DNA of 64,000 nucleotides from an uncultured bacterium (GCA_963845185.1 CAWJRG010000005.1:32001-96000); one strand, 5' to 3'; counted from the first letter of the stretch, positions 28,881-38,799 are shown. Program-made: numbers and translations. Notes: generated from the letters alone by a model not told the origin.

Positions 28881-30494
28881 GAGTCTGTCTCAAAACTCTT
28901 TTAAACGCCTTGCATTGCCTACACTTATCGCGTTTTTTAGCCCCTATCTTTATTATTTCTCTTCTTTTCGATTTGTGGTTCTTTTCTTGTCAGGTTGCGA
29001 ACCTTAATTTAACCTTACCTTCCCTCCACAAGGCATACATTGTCTTTATGTTATGGGCGGCGCATATAAAAGACCATTGTGTTTTTACGCTTTCGATTCC
29101 TCTAACACTAAATCTTGTAAAACCAAGTACGTTTTTTATACGTCCCAATAATGGCTCAACTATTGTTTTTCTCTTTCGAAGCTGTTCTTTCCAGTTATTG
29201 ACCCTAGCTTCTTCTCTGTATATTGACACTATCTCCTCATACTCATGCTTATTTGCTTCTATTATCCTTCCGGATTTTACCTTGCTGCATTCGTATTTAT
29301 AAATACAATCCCTATGATCCCCGCATCGGTATATCATTGTCTCTTTTCCGTTTTTCTTCTTCCTTATACTGGTATATTCAAGCCTGCCATTTTTAGGACA
29401 TACATATTCGTTTTTTTCTTTGTCGTATTTAAAATGCGCTTTGCCATACGGCCTATCGCTGTCATCCTCCGGCAAGTTAACAATTATATTCCTTTTTTCT
29501 TCTTTGGCTTTTGCCAGTTCTTCCGGTGAATAATACCCTCCATCCGCAAGCGTTACTCCTGATTTTTGTCCGGTATTCGACTCTGCTTTTTCTATCATAT
29601 CATTCAGCATGTGAGCATCCGATTCCTTGTTTGTCACATTCTCTGCCACAATTATCTGTTTCTTTGCGTCCACAACAACCTGTGAGTTATATGCCTGTTG
29701 CAGTCCTTTACCTCTTGTCATCATGAACCGGCTGTCTCTATCTGTGGGGTTTTCAGTTGTTTTTCCTTCACTTTTCATACGTTCTATATGTTCTCTTATT
29801 ACCTGACGCAGTTTCTCCTTTTCCTGCAATTCTTTTGGCATTCCGCACTTACTTTTGCCCTCTTCATCGTCTTGTTCGTCATTTTTCTCAATTTCCACCA
29901 TTATTTTGTCTATTTCTCTGTCTAATTCTTGTATTTTTTTATTCATGTCTTTTATTGTTTTGGTCTTTTCCTTATTTACATCTGCCTGTATTTTTGTGCC
30001 GTCCACGGCTTGGATTTCAAAACCAACCAAATTGTTGTTTGTTGCCACACGCACCGTCTCCTTCAGTAAAACCCTTATCTGCTCTTTATTTCCTTTAAAA
30101 AATCTCCATAGCGTATTATGGTCGGGATGATTATTCCCGGTTATCCATATCATCCCCATTGAATCGTAAGTCATTTTTTCAACTTTTCTGCTGCTCTTTT
30201 TTCCTTCCAGTATGCCGTACATCCATGCCCCAAGTAAAAGATCTACAAAATATCCCGGTCTTCCGGTTTCTTCTTCCATTTTAAAACCCATCTCTTCAAG
30301 CGGTAATTCTTCTACGAATTCTACGACAAATCGAGCTAAATGATCTTTTGAAACCCAATCTTCTATTGCCGGTGGCAGTAGATACATTTGATTTCTATCG
30401 GCTCTTATCGTTGGCATTTGGTTTCTCCTTCGCTAAATTTTGAAACCATTATACCATTTATGTCAAAGAATTAAGAGGCTTTTGAGACAGACTC
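28881..30494 (-). mobile_element. IS1182-family element, copy 2 (1614 bp, intact)
   Basis: Same 15-bp TIRs; TSD CATG (28877-28880, 30495-30498). Confidence 0.95.
28990..30417 (-). CDS. IS1182-family DDE transposase
   Basis: SSRKVE, PDHNTLWRF, VDGTKIQAD, TDRDSRFM, ADGGY and RKTIVEPLLG motifs. Confidence 0.93.
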   Translation of the reverse strand: MPTIRADRNQMYLLPPAIEDWVSKDHLARFVVEFVEELPLEEMGFKMEEETGRPGYFVDLLLGAWMYGILEGKKSSRKVEKMTYDSMGMIWITGNNHPDHNTLWRFFKGNKEQIRVLLKETVRVATNNNLVGFEIQAVDGTKIQADVNKEKTKTIKDMNKKIQELDREIDKIMVEIEKNDEQDDEEGKSKCGMPKELQEKEKLRQVIREHIERMKSEGKTTENPTDRDSRFMMTRGKGLQQAYNSQVVVDAKKQIIVAENVTNKESDAHMLNDMIEKAESNTGQKSGVTLADGGYYSPEELAKAKEEKRNIIVNLPEDDSDRPYGKAHFKYDKEKNEYVCPKNGRLEYTSIRKKKNGKETMIYRCGDHRDCIYKYECSKVKSGRIIEANKHEYEEIVSIYREEARVNNWKEQLRKRKTIVEPLLGRIKNVLGFTRFSVRGIESVKTQWSFICAAHNIKTMYALWREGKVKLRFAT

Positions 30495-30562
30495 CATGGC
30501 GTGTCTCTACTTTAGTTTATAAAAAATCCTTGCCTCATCCGTTAATATTTGACAACTTTAAC

Positions 30563-31825
30563 TCACAGAAGTTCCTCTTTACTTTTCCTGCCTTTTTTTT
30601 GCCTGATATTGATGGCAATAAGGCTGAAAGCAAGTATAAAAAACGTGCTGATAAAAAGGCTGAATAAAACCTGGTAAAAATTCGCATGCAAAAACCACAG
30701 CAATATTCCGTATATTATGATGCCGCCATACATTGCGTAAATGAACAAATATTTGTGCACGGCCAGGCTGTAATTGATGACGACATTAAAAAGCACAAGC
30801 GGCAGAATCGCGAACCCGAATACCCTGACAATATAATCGATGTTGAGAAACTGGTTGCCGAAAAGAAGGCGTATTATGAATTTCGGGAACAAAAAGCAAA
30901 ATAAAACCCCGGCGAGTGTTATTGATGCTGTCAAAAGCAGGCTTTTGTAAAAAAGATTCTTGGAATCTTCTTTCATGGCAAAATTTTCTGATACTTTTGG
31001 AAAAAGCGCCATGGCGATTGCCGACGGAAAAAACAAAAACGCCTTTCCTACTATTGATGTGGCCGAATACAGGCCGGCTTCATACGGAGGGTAAAAATGC
31101 TTTACCGCAAAAACGTCCATGTAACTTAAAAGCGAAAAACCCGTCATTGTAATAAAAACCGGTATTGTATATCCGAAAATGTCCCTTTTCCTGATTGTTA
31201 TGCCTTTTTCCTTGTATTTAAATATAAAACTCAGGTAAATAAGCCCGATAATATATGCGGCTGCTACGGAAAAAAAGCTTGATGCGAGCGCGCCTCTTAC
31301 CGACCATCCGATGGCCAGTACCAAAACCAGGGTTAAAAGCCTCAGAACCGCGTCCGTTATCATATTAACGCCCAAAGCAACAAATTTTTGAATTCCCTGC
31401 AAAAGCCCCCTTACGGCCGGTATGACCATGCTGGCAACCGATATACCGCCCACAATTACTATCATTAACCTGTCTTTTATATGAAAAAAATCCTTGATTA
31501 TATTCGAAGCCAGAAAATACACCATAAATCCGGCCATGCCCAGTACAAAAAACCAGATGTTTGTTTTTATGAAAAGTGTTTTTATGCCGCCCCAGTTTTC
31601 CCTGGCTTTAAAATCAGCCGCCTTTTTGGCTACAGTCATCTGAAGCGATGCTGCGGGCATCATCACCACAATAAGCATCGCCAGCATTGTCACAAGCACT
31701 CCGTAATTTTCAGGCCCAAGCTTCCTGCTTGCGTACATATGAAACAAGAAATTTGCCAAATTTACTATGCTGGTGGCTACAAACAAAATAAATGAATCCT
31801 TGATGAGGTGATCTGTTTTTCCCAT
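30563..31825 (-). CDS. Wzx/MOP-family oligosaccharide flippase
   Basis: About 12 TM segments; SRKLGPENYG and AGLYSATS motifs. Confidence 0.85.
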   Translation of the reverse strand: MGKTDHLIKDSFILFVATSIVNLANFLFHMYASRKLGPENYGVLVTMLAMLIVVMMPAASLQMTVAKKAADFKARENWGGIKTLFIKTNIWFFVLGMAGFMVYFLASNIIKDFFHIKDRLMIVIVGGISVASMVIPAVRGLLQGIQKFVALGVNMITDAVLRLLTLVLVLAIGWSVRGALASSFFSVAAAYIIGLIYLSFIFKYKEKGITIRKRDIFGYTIPVFITMTGFSLLSYMDVFAVKHFYPPYEAGLYSATSIVGKAFLFFPSAIAMALFPKVSENFAMKEDSKNLFYKSLLLTASITLAGVLFCFLFPKFIIRLLFGNQFLNIDYIVRVFGFAILPLVLFNVVINYSLAVHKYLFIYAMYGGIIIYGILLWFLHANFYQVLFSLFISTFFILAFSLIAINIRQKKGRKSKEELL

Positions 31826-31859
31826 TAAACCCTGTATCCTGTCGTAATTTGATTTTGTT

Positions 31860-32867
31860 TTATTTAAACCCTGGCTTTATTTTGATTATCTGGCTCCTGT
31901 TCATTTCGGATACATAAATAATGTCGTCTTTGTCAATTGCTATGCCGAGAGGCGTGGCAAACAGCGGTTTGTCCTGCAAATCGGTTTTTATTGTGCCAAG
32001 GTATTTGGGTTTTTTATTATTCGTATTCAGGCTGTATACCCATATATCGCCTGTGGCCGAAGATACCGCGTACAGGTTGTCTTTTGAGTCAACAGCCAGC
32101 ATTGGCCACGTGGGGTCGTTTTCCTGCCACCCTGCTACTTTTATTTTGCCGATATATTTCAGGTCCTGCGTAAAGATATTTATTCTCTTGTTGCCGTGGT
32201 CCGCGGCATATACATTGCCTTTTGAATCAAAGGCGAGGCCGAATATTTCGTTAAATTTTCCCGAGCCGCTTCCTATGCCGCCTACAGGGTTCCCGAACCT
32301 GTTTCCTTCAAGGTCGAACCTGTGCAACCTGCTTGTCCCCGTATCCGCTACATATAACAAATTGCCGTTTACGCCCACGTTCCTTGGGCTGTAAAACCCG
32401 CCTTTTGTTCCGCCTATTTCCAGCAGATACTTGCCGTTTGCGTCGAATTTCTGTATTCTTCCGTTCCATGCGTCCGCCACATACACATTGCCGTCCTTGT
32501 CCGCCGCGATTCCCGACGGCTCGTTAAATTCCCCTTCTTTTTGGCCTTTTTGTCCCCACATTTTTACGAATTTGCCGTCCAGGGTAAATTCGTCAACCCT
32601 GACATTGTTCATGTCCACTACAAATACAAACCCCTTTGGCGATATTGCTATGCCCCTTGGCCCGTTAATGTCCCCCGGTCTTTCACCGGCAGTTCCCCAG
32701 GCGCCGAGGTTTTCCGCTTTTATATATTTGACCGGCTCAGGCTGCCTTGATTTTGCCACAATAAAGACAAGTACTATTAAAGCAACAAGGACAATAAAAA
32801 CATTGCGGTTTCCTCCAGATTTTTTTCCTGCCCTTTTACTTTTCTTTTTAGTTTTTCTTTTTGCCAC
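31860..32867 (-). CDS. Membrane-anchored NHL beta-propeller protein
   Basis: Basic N-terminus, one TM, six NHL repeats. Confidence 0.88.
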   Translation of the reverse strand: MAKRKTKKKSKRAGKKSGGNRNVFIVLVALIVLVFIVAKSRQPEPVKYIKAENLGAWGTAGERPGDINGPRGIAISPKGFVFVVDMNNVRVDEFTLDGKFVKMWGQKGQKEGEFNEPSGIAADKDGNVYVADAWNGRIQKFDANGKYLLEIGGTKGGFYSPRNVGVNGNLLYVADTGTSRLHRFDLEGNRFGNPVGGIGSGSGKFNEIFGLAFDSKGNVYAADHGNKRINIFTQDLKYIGKIKVAGWQENDPTWPMLAVDSKDNLYAVSSATGDIWVYSLNTNNKKPKYLGTIKTDLQDKPLFATPLGIAIDKDDIIYVSEMNRSQIIKIKPGFK

Positions 32868-32919
32868 TTTATACCCTCCTTGATTTTAGTTCATATCAGC
32901 CGGTTTCGCCGGCAAAAAA

Positions 32920-33912
32920 CTATTTGCTGTCTTCTTCATCCGTAAAAGTTATAAGTTTGTTATATCCCGAATCCGTCACATATATTTTTTTATCCGCGCC
33001 CAGCGCTATTCCAAGCGGACAGGTAAACATGCCCACGCCGGATTTATCCTTTAAAAATATTTTCTTCTTTTTGCCGTCAAGGCTATAGCGCAAAACCCTG
33101 TGGTTTGCCGAATCGGTGATGTAAATCAACCCTTTTGCCTTGTCAATCGACAGATACGGTTCCATCAAGCATCCGCCCACAATCTGTCCCTCGGCCCAGC
33201 CGTCCACCTTGAATTCCTTCAGGTATTTGCCTTCCGTGGTTATTACCTGCAGCCTGAAATTTTTCCTGTCCAGCACATAAAGGTTGTTGTCCGGGCCAGT
33301 AGTTAAGCCGAATGGCTCCTGGAATTCCAGCGCCCCGGAGCCTTTTTTGCCGAATGCTATTACAAATTTCCCCGTCTTGTCAAATTTCAATATCTTGCAA
33401 TTGCCCGTATCTGAAACATACACGTTCCCGTCTTTATCCACGGTCAATGCCCTTGGCCCCCACATTCTCTGATCGCCGCCGAACATTCTTACAAAACCTC
33501 CGGCGTCGTTAAATACCTGTACCCTGCCGTTCCATGTATCGGCCACGTATATGTTTCCGTCCGGGCCTATGTCAATGCCGCACGGCTCTTTAAACTCGCT
33601 TTGCTTGTCGCCTTGCTTGCCCCACGCCAGCACAAAAATCCCGGCTCCGTTAAATTTCTGTATCCTGTTGTTTTTTGAATCCACTATATATATATTGCCG
33701 TCCTTGTCGACTGCAACGCCGCGCGGAATACTAAACTGCCCCGATGACGACCCTGCGCCTCCTCCGGACGACAGTACATTCGCAGGCGCAGAAGGCTGTT
33801 TCCTTTCGCCGCCTGTGGGCACAAACATTATTCCAAGCACAATAAGTATGCCGGCCAAAAGCCCTACAATGATGAGTTTTTCCTGTTTCGACATCAAAGA
33901 AATGTCAATCAT
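32920..33912 (-). CDS. Membrane-anchored NHL beta-propeller protein
   Basis: One TM plus six NHL repeats (PRGVAVD, VADTWNGRVQ). Confidence 0.88.
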   Translation of the reverse strand: MIDISLMSKQEKLIIVGLLAGILIVLGIMFVPTGGERKQPSAPANVLSSGGGAGSSSGQFSIPRGVAVDKDGNIYIVDSKNNRIQKFNGAGIFVLAWGKQGDKQSEFKEPCGIDIGPDGNIYVADTWNGRVQVFNDAGGFVRMFGGDQRMWGPRALTVDKDGNVYVSDTGNCKILKFDKTGKFVIAFGKKGSGALEFQEPFGLTTGPDNNLYVLDRKNFRLQVITTEGKYLKEFKVDGWAEGQIVGGCLMEPYLSIDKAKGLIYITDSANHRVLRYSLDGKKKKIFLKDKSGVGMFTCPLGIALGADKKIYVTDSGYNKLITFTDEEDSK

Positions 33913-33927
33913 TTCTTTATCCTCCTA

Positions 33928-34010
33928 TGATGATGTTTATTTTGTAAAGCTACTGCTGCAACAAAATATTACAGCACTCAAGCACCCGGTCAAGTCCCGA
34001 GTTTGCGAGA
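33928..34010 (+). repeat. Two-hairpin dispersed element, copy E (divergent; second hairpin interrupted)
   Basis: TGATGTTTATTTTGT...ACAAAATATTACAGCA then GCACCCGGTCAAGTCC; followed by a 27-bp palindrome at 34011-34037. Confidence 0.7.
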
Positions 34011-34172
34011 GTCAAATAGTCCACTGGACTATTTGACGGGTAGTTTCCATAAGTTATTATCATATAAAAACTGCCCTGAAGATGTGCCTGTTTATTTTAC
34101 AAACTTTTCCGGTGCGGTAAAATATTATTGTTGCCCGCACTCATTCCAGTCAAAAACCGGATATAGCATTAG

Positions 34173-36062
34173 CTATCTAAAATATTTTTCCAGGTCTTTT
34201 CTTACATATACTATAAAATCATACGAGCCGAGCGGGCTCCAAATGTCCCTGTACATATACCTTTTCCAGAGCCAGCTTATTTTTTCCTGCAGCGTAAACT
34301 TCTTGAAAGCCTCGACATCAGGCGCCCACCACTCCCTTAATTTATACCTTGTCCCCACATAATCATCTTTTAAAAGTTGTTTTACCATATCATCATGCCC
34401 GGGAGCAGCCACTTCTATGCCTGAAAGTATTATTGGTTTTCCTTTGTCGCCCTCTGATATCGGATGCGGGTAAGATACTGCTTTAAAATCCCTCAAATAC
34501 CACGCGAACGGCCACGAGCAGTAATCTTCGCATACTATCTGCAGGTCCTCCCCGCCGGGAATGTTTAATTCGGAAGTGCCCTTTACATCAAGCGCCATTT
34601 TTTGTATCCTTTTTACAACCATAGTCACGTCTGTAGATGTCTGGACGTAAACGAGTGATTCATACGGGCTTGCCCCGGATCCGTAAAAACACAGGTAAAT
34701 TGCCCCGTGTATGGAACCGAGCGTGAGCAATATAGCCACGACTATGCCTGTTATCCTCCAGCTTTTCCATTCTGTGTTAGTGATAATTTCGCCTATAAAT
34801 TTGCCTGCCAGTATAAGGTAAGGCGTAAGCACATGCAGTATAAGCCAAGGCATCCTTTCGCCTGCGTACGAATAAAGTATGGTCGCGCCCACCGCCCAGT
34901 AAACCAGGAAAATGTTGAACAATGTCCTTTTTTCCCTTTTCATCACATAATAAACGCCGGCTATTATTCCGAACAAAGTCGAAATAGTCTCGTAATACGG
35001 CATCAGCAAAATATAGTAATACCACGGCTGTGACCCTCTTTTGACCTCATGCTGCCCCATCCAGTAAGTGAGGGAACTTGTAAAAGCGTCTATTATGCCT
35101 TTCCAGTATGAAAACATTGTAGTATACAGGAAAAGGCATATGCCGAAAAACACAAGGAAAGCCGCAAACAATACACCTCTTCCCTTGCCCATCAGGTACT
35201 CGACCGTGAAATGAATTACATTTTCTTCCTTGAATTTTTCAGTATTGCGCAGGGAATACTCCCACAGCCACCTGAAGAAAAAGTATGATCCGAAAATCGC
35301 GAGTGTGATATATGTGGCCTCTTTTGTGCACCATGAAAGCGCCAGCCCCGTAGCCGCAAGGTACAGCCAGCCGGGTTTGCGGCTGTCAAAAAATCTGAAA
35401 AGCCCTATTACAAGCATTACAGTGTCAACCGCCATGAAAATATCTTCCCTGATAAACCTTGCCTGGTACATAAAAGCCGGAGAGACAGCCATTAAAAGCG
35501 CCGTGACCATGGCACCTACTTTTCCAAGATACGGCCTGTAAAAATAAATCAGCAAAACCCCGATAAGCCCGTATATGGCCGGTGCCACGCGCGAAGTATA
35601 ATCGCATGTGCCAAAAAGGAAATAAATAAGCGCGTTGGCGTGGTAATGGAACGGCCCGTGCATCATAGGGTTGTACTGGTAGCCGTCGCCCTTAAAAAGT
35701 TTCCAGCCGTAAAATGCATGCATGCTCTCGTCGTGATGCAGGGGTTTTGTGCCCAAATCCGCGAACCTTGTAATGAGTGTAACTATAATAATAAGAAGCC
35801 AAATGATTGTTTCCCAGTTTATCGCAAATCCGCCTACCATAAAACCTTTTCCATCTGCTGCTTCCCCAAATACCTGGGAAACATGGTCGCCTTCTTTGCC
35901 CTGTTTTTTTTCCGTTCTTAACAGTTTTTCAGGCTTCTCTTTTACCACCGGTTCCTGTTTTTTTACCTCTTCTTTTACAAGTTTATTTCCGCATGTGTCG
36001 CAAAATTTATTTGTTTTCGGGTTTTCCGCGCCGCATTTTGGGCATTTGATTGTATCAGCCAT
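34173..36062 (-). CDS. TIGR03663/Agl23-like GT-C (PMT-like) membrane protein with N-terminal zinc ribbon
   Basis: HHDESMH (DE) and MMHGPF (HGP) signatures, RFIRED, many TM segments; N-terminal CPKC-x10-CDTC. Confidence 0.82.
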   Translation of the reverse strand: MADTIKCPKCGAENPKTNKFCDTCGNKLVKEEVKKQEPVVKEKPEKLLRTEKKQGKEGDHVSQVFGEAADGKGFMVGGFAINWETIIWLLIIIVTLITRFADLGTKPLHHDESMHAFYGWKLFKGDGYQYNPMMHGPFHYHANALIYFLFGTCDYTSRVAPAIYGLIGVLLIYFYRPYLGKVGAMVTALLMAVSPAFMYQARFIREDIFMAVDTVMLVIGLFRFFDSRKPGWLYLAATGLALSWCTKEATYITLAIFGSYFFFRWLWEYSLRNTEKFKEENVIHFTVEYLMGKGRGVLFAAFLVFFGICLFLYTTMFSYWKGIIDAFTSSLTYWMGQHEVKRGSQPWYYYILLMPYYETISTLFGIIAGVYYVMKREKRTLFNIFLVYWAVGATILYSYAGERMPWLILHVLTPYLILAGKFIGEIITNTEWKSWRITGIVVAILLTLGSIHGAIYLCFYGSGASPYESLVYVQTSTDVTMVVKRIQKMALDVKGTSELNIPGGEDLQIVCEDYCSWPFAWYLRDFKAVSYPHPISEGDKGKPIILSGIEVAAPGHDDMVKQLLKDDYVGTRYKLREWWAPDVEAFKKFTLQEKISWLWKRYMYRDIWSPLGSYDFIVYVRKDLEKYFR

Positions 36063-36168
36063 TTCTTCTTTCCTCCTTGATGATGTTTATTTTGTAAACC
36101 GTTATCAGTTTTCAATCATCAATAAGAACCTAAATTGAAAATTGACAATTTTTAATTAATAATTATAT

Positions 36169-38598
36169 TTAATTCCTTGTCTTGTAAATTACCGTATCGG
36201 CCCTGTTCATATAAACCATATCCATAAACTGGGCAAATTTGTCAAACGCCTCTTTCGGCGCAGCCCTGTATTCGGGCTTTATTTTTTCAAGTATTCCCAC
36301 ATAAACATATTTTATATTGTATTTTTTTATCAGGCTCTGCGCCTCGTTAATATCCATCGTGGTGTATATTTTTTGTATATCCGCCATTCTTTTCCCCTGC
36401 TCGTCCCATGTCCCTCTCCACTGAAGCTCATGTCCCGGCCATCCAAGCACGGTAGGCAGCCCGGTAAAAGATGAAATCCTGGCGTATTCAGTGTATTCCG
36501 CCCCGTCTGCCTCGAGAATAACAGGCGTGTCTTTAATATTCTTTTTAATCCAGTCAATAGCCTGGTAATCGCCCGGGTATCTTGCGCTGAAAAACTCCGT
36601 GCCGTCAAGCGTCACGTAACCATTGAACCCGTTTGTTTTGACAATTGACGCTGCCATCGGGTAAAACAGGCCTGTAAATATGAAAAACGCGAAAACCGCG
36701 TACCATATAAACCTTATATAATTCGGTTTGAATTTAAGGTAAAAATGCTTTACCCAGAAAAATCCGTAAGCCGCTGCCACGGAAAACAATATCCAGGTCT
36801 GGTAATAAAACTTAAAAACCGTGTTCATCCTTTCCAGGGATGAATGTTCGCCTTCCTTGCCGAACGTGTCTTTTATATGCAGGAACTCGCATCCGAGCGA
36901 CAATAAAAAACCTGTAAAAATAAGAAGTATTACAAACTGGTTTTCTTTCATTTCAACCTTTGTAATAGCCAGCAGAAACACGATGCTCAGCATTACGACC
37001 ATCACTGCCGAAAAAAATCCATAATGCGGCTTGTCTATAATTGATTTATATACGAGGAAAATAAAGCCTATGGCAAATACCACGGCCGCCGACATGTATA
37101 TTTTATTGCTTTTGTAAGTATTGGGGTCTATGAGGAATTTAAAGAATGAAATTGCCTCCTCGTTGCCTTTTTTTATCGGCAATTCCACGCCTCCCAGCAG
37201 AAGCTCCTCGCCGCTTATTTTATACCCGCACTGCCCGCATATTGTCTTTCCTTCCCTGAATTCAAACGAGCACCTCGGGCAAAAAAGGCTCCTTTTTTTC
37301 GTCTTCAGCCCGGCAATGCCCTGGTATTTGATGGCGTAAATCCAGTTTGCTATCCTGCAGGCTATAAACGACAGGATCGGAAAAAGCATTATGCCGTATA
37401 TAGTCAGGTAATCCTTTATCCTCGTGTTTGCTTTTGTTATGCCTATGCCGCTTGCCTGTGACTTAAAAAATAGCGTGAAAGGCAGGTATGCTATTATGCC
37501 TATGCCGAGCACCAGCCCGATGCTGATTAGGGCGTCGTTCATCCATTCCTTTGGTTTTTCGTCCATCGAAAATTTATAGGAAAGTATGGACAGGGCTATG
37601 ATGAAAAAATATGTCGGGAAATCCCAGCTGTTTAAAAACCACAGCCCGCCAAGGAGCAGCCCCGCAAAAACGATAAAGGTTATTTTTTCAAAGTTTTTCT
37701 CAAATATTTTCTTATCCTCGTATTTGATGAAAGTAAGGGCTATATTCATGGCAAGAAGCACAAAAGGAATCGCTATCTGGTGAGGGTGTATGTCTCCGAG
37801 CAGGAATGAAAAAAACGGGAACTCGTTTATTGTGGTATCGTAATCCTTGTAATCGATTATCCTCGAGGTATGCCACCAGTTAAAATCAGTCAGGGTCCAG
37901 TTGTGCTGCACCACCTGGATAAAGCCGTCTATATTGCTGATTAAAAGCAGGAAAGCCGCAGCGAGAAAACCGATCATAAAATTTTTCGTGAGGTTATATA
38001 CAAGCCCGACCATTGCCAGCGCGCTCATTGCGACTACGTATGTGAGCGCGAGGTTGTAAGCTACCCCGTTCGGGATATTCACAAGCTTCATCATTATGGA
38101 CATCATAAGGTAACCGAAATAATAATAGCTTATATGGAAAGCGTCGCCTGCCATCCACGGGTCAAAAGGCGGCATCTTATCTGCCCTGGCTATCGAGTTC
38201 ATGAAAGCAAAATCCATGAATTTCTCAGTGCCAATGATATCCGGCTGGTATGACCTGAAAAGCGCGTAAGCTATGAATATCAGGAGGTAAAAGAGCTCGG
38301 AAATTATGATAATCGCCGGTTTTTCATTCATGAATTCAAATATTTCATTTTTTGTTTTGGTGAAAAGGTAGGCCGAAAAGCCGGTCATAAGCACTATTAC
38401 GATTATTATTGTAGACATGGAAAATTTAAAGAACCCAAAAAGCCATGAAAAATAAGATACTATAAACAATGCTATTATTTTTGAAAAAAGCCATCCTTTT
38501 TCATGCGATTTCTTAAACAGGAAAAAACTTATTGGATATGCCAGCAGGCCAAGTATGACTGAAATTAACCACCATTTCATTATGTAACCAAATGCCAC
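36169..38598 (-). CDS. Chlor_Arch_YYY (TIGR03662/DUF2298) membrane protein with inserted zinc ribbon
   Basis: EKFMDFAF, DPW, SYYYFG, INEFPFFSFLLGDIHPH, NSWDFP and RMNTVFKFY motifs; internal CPRC-x10-CGQC. Confidence 0.88.
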   Translation of the reverse strand: MAFGYIMKWWLISVILGLLAYPISFFLFKKSHEKGWLFSKIIALFIVSYFSWLFGFFKFSMSTIIIVIVLMTGFSAYLFTKTKNEIFEFMNEKPAIIIISELFYLLIFIAYALFRSYQPDIIGTEKFMDFAFMNSIARADKMPPFDPWMAGDAFHISYYYFGYLMMSIMMKLVNIPNGVAYNLALTYVVAMSALAMVGLVYNLTKNFMIGFLAAAFLLLISNIDGFIQVVQHNWTLTDFNWWHTSRIIDYKDYDTTINEFPFFSFLLGDIHPHQIAIPFVLLAMNIALTFIKYEDKKIFEKNFEKITFIVFAGLLLGGLWFLNSWDFPTYFFIIALSILSYKFSMDEKPKEWMNDALISIGLVLGIGIIAYLPFTLFFKSQASGIGITKANTRIKDYLTIYGIMLFPILSFIACRIANWIYAIKYQGIAGLKTKKRSLFCPRCSFEFREGKTICGQCGYKISGEELLLGGVELPIKKGNEEAISFFKFLIDPNTYKSNKIYMSAAVVFAIGFIFLVYKSIIDKPHYGFFSAVMVVMLSIVFLLAITKVEMKENQFVILLIFTGFLLSLGCEFLHIKDTFGKEGEHSSLERMNTVFKFYYQTWILFSVAAAYGFFWVKHFYLKFKPNYIRFIWYAVFAFFIFTGLFYPMAASIVKTNGFNGYVTLDGTEFFSARYPGDYQAIDWIKKNIKDTPVILEADGAEYTEYARISSFTGLPTVLGWPGHELQWRGTWDEQGKRMADIQKIYTTMDINEAQSLIKKYNIKYVYVGILEKIKPEYRAAPKEAFDKFAQFMDMVYMNRADTVIYKTRN

Positions 38599-38608
38599 AT
38601 AACACCTC

Positions 38609-38713
38609 CAAGCAAGAGTAATTTTTGCAAACCGTCAACAGGTGCAGCAAAAATTTTACTCTTGCTTGCACCCGTTCAAGTCCGAGGCTCAAAAGGCCGG
38701 GGACAAGTGGTGC
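38609..38713 (+). repeat. Two-hairpin dispersed element, copy G (second subfamily)
   Basis: CAAGCAAGAGTAA...TTACTCTTGCTTG then GCACCCGTTCAAGTCC-GA-GGCT-CAAAA-GGCC-GG-GGACAAGTGGTGC; abuts the RBS. Confidence 0.88.
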
Positions 38714-38770
38714 GGATAAACATTTTTCCCTTTAAATTGTTGTGTTTTTGGGAATTATTAAACAGGTTGA

Positions 38771-38799
38771 ATTATACTTAATATTTTTCTTGTTGTCAA
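38771..38799 (-). promoter_or_regulatory. Consensus sigma70 promoter of the GT-C locus
   Basis: Perfect TTGACA-17 nt-TATAAT. Confidence 0.78.

Noticed and set aside
28834..28893. N-terminal extension of the DPM-like GT2
   Set aside because: Runs through the IS end and the palindrome; the GGAG RBS supports a start at 28833
9091..30494. Composite transposon formed by the two IS1182 copies
   Set aside because: Each copy has its own matching TSD (CTTG and CATG), which shows independent insertions
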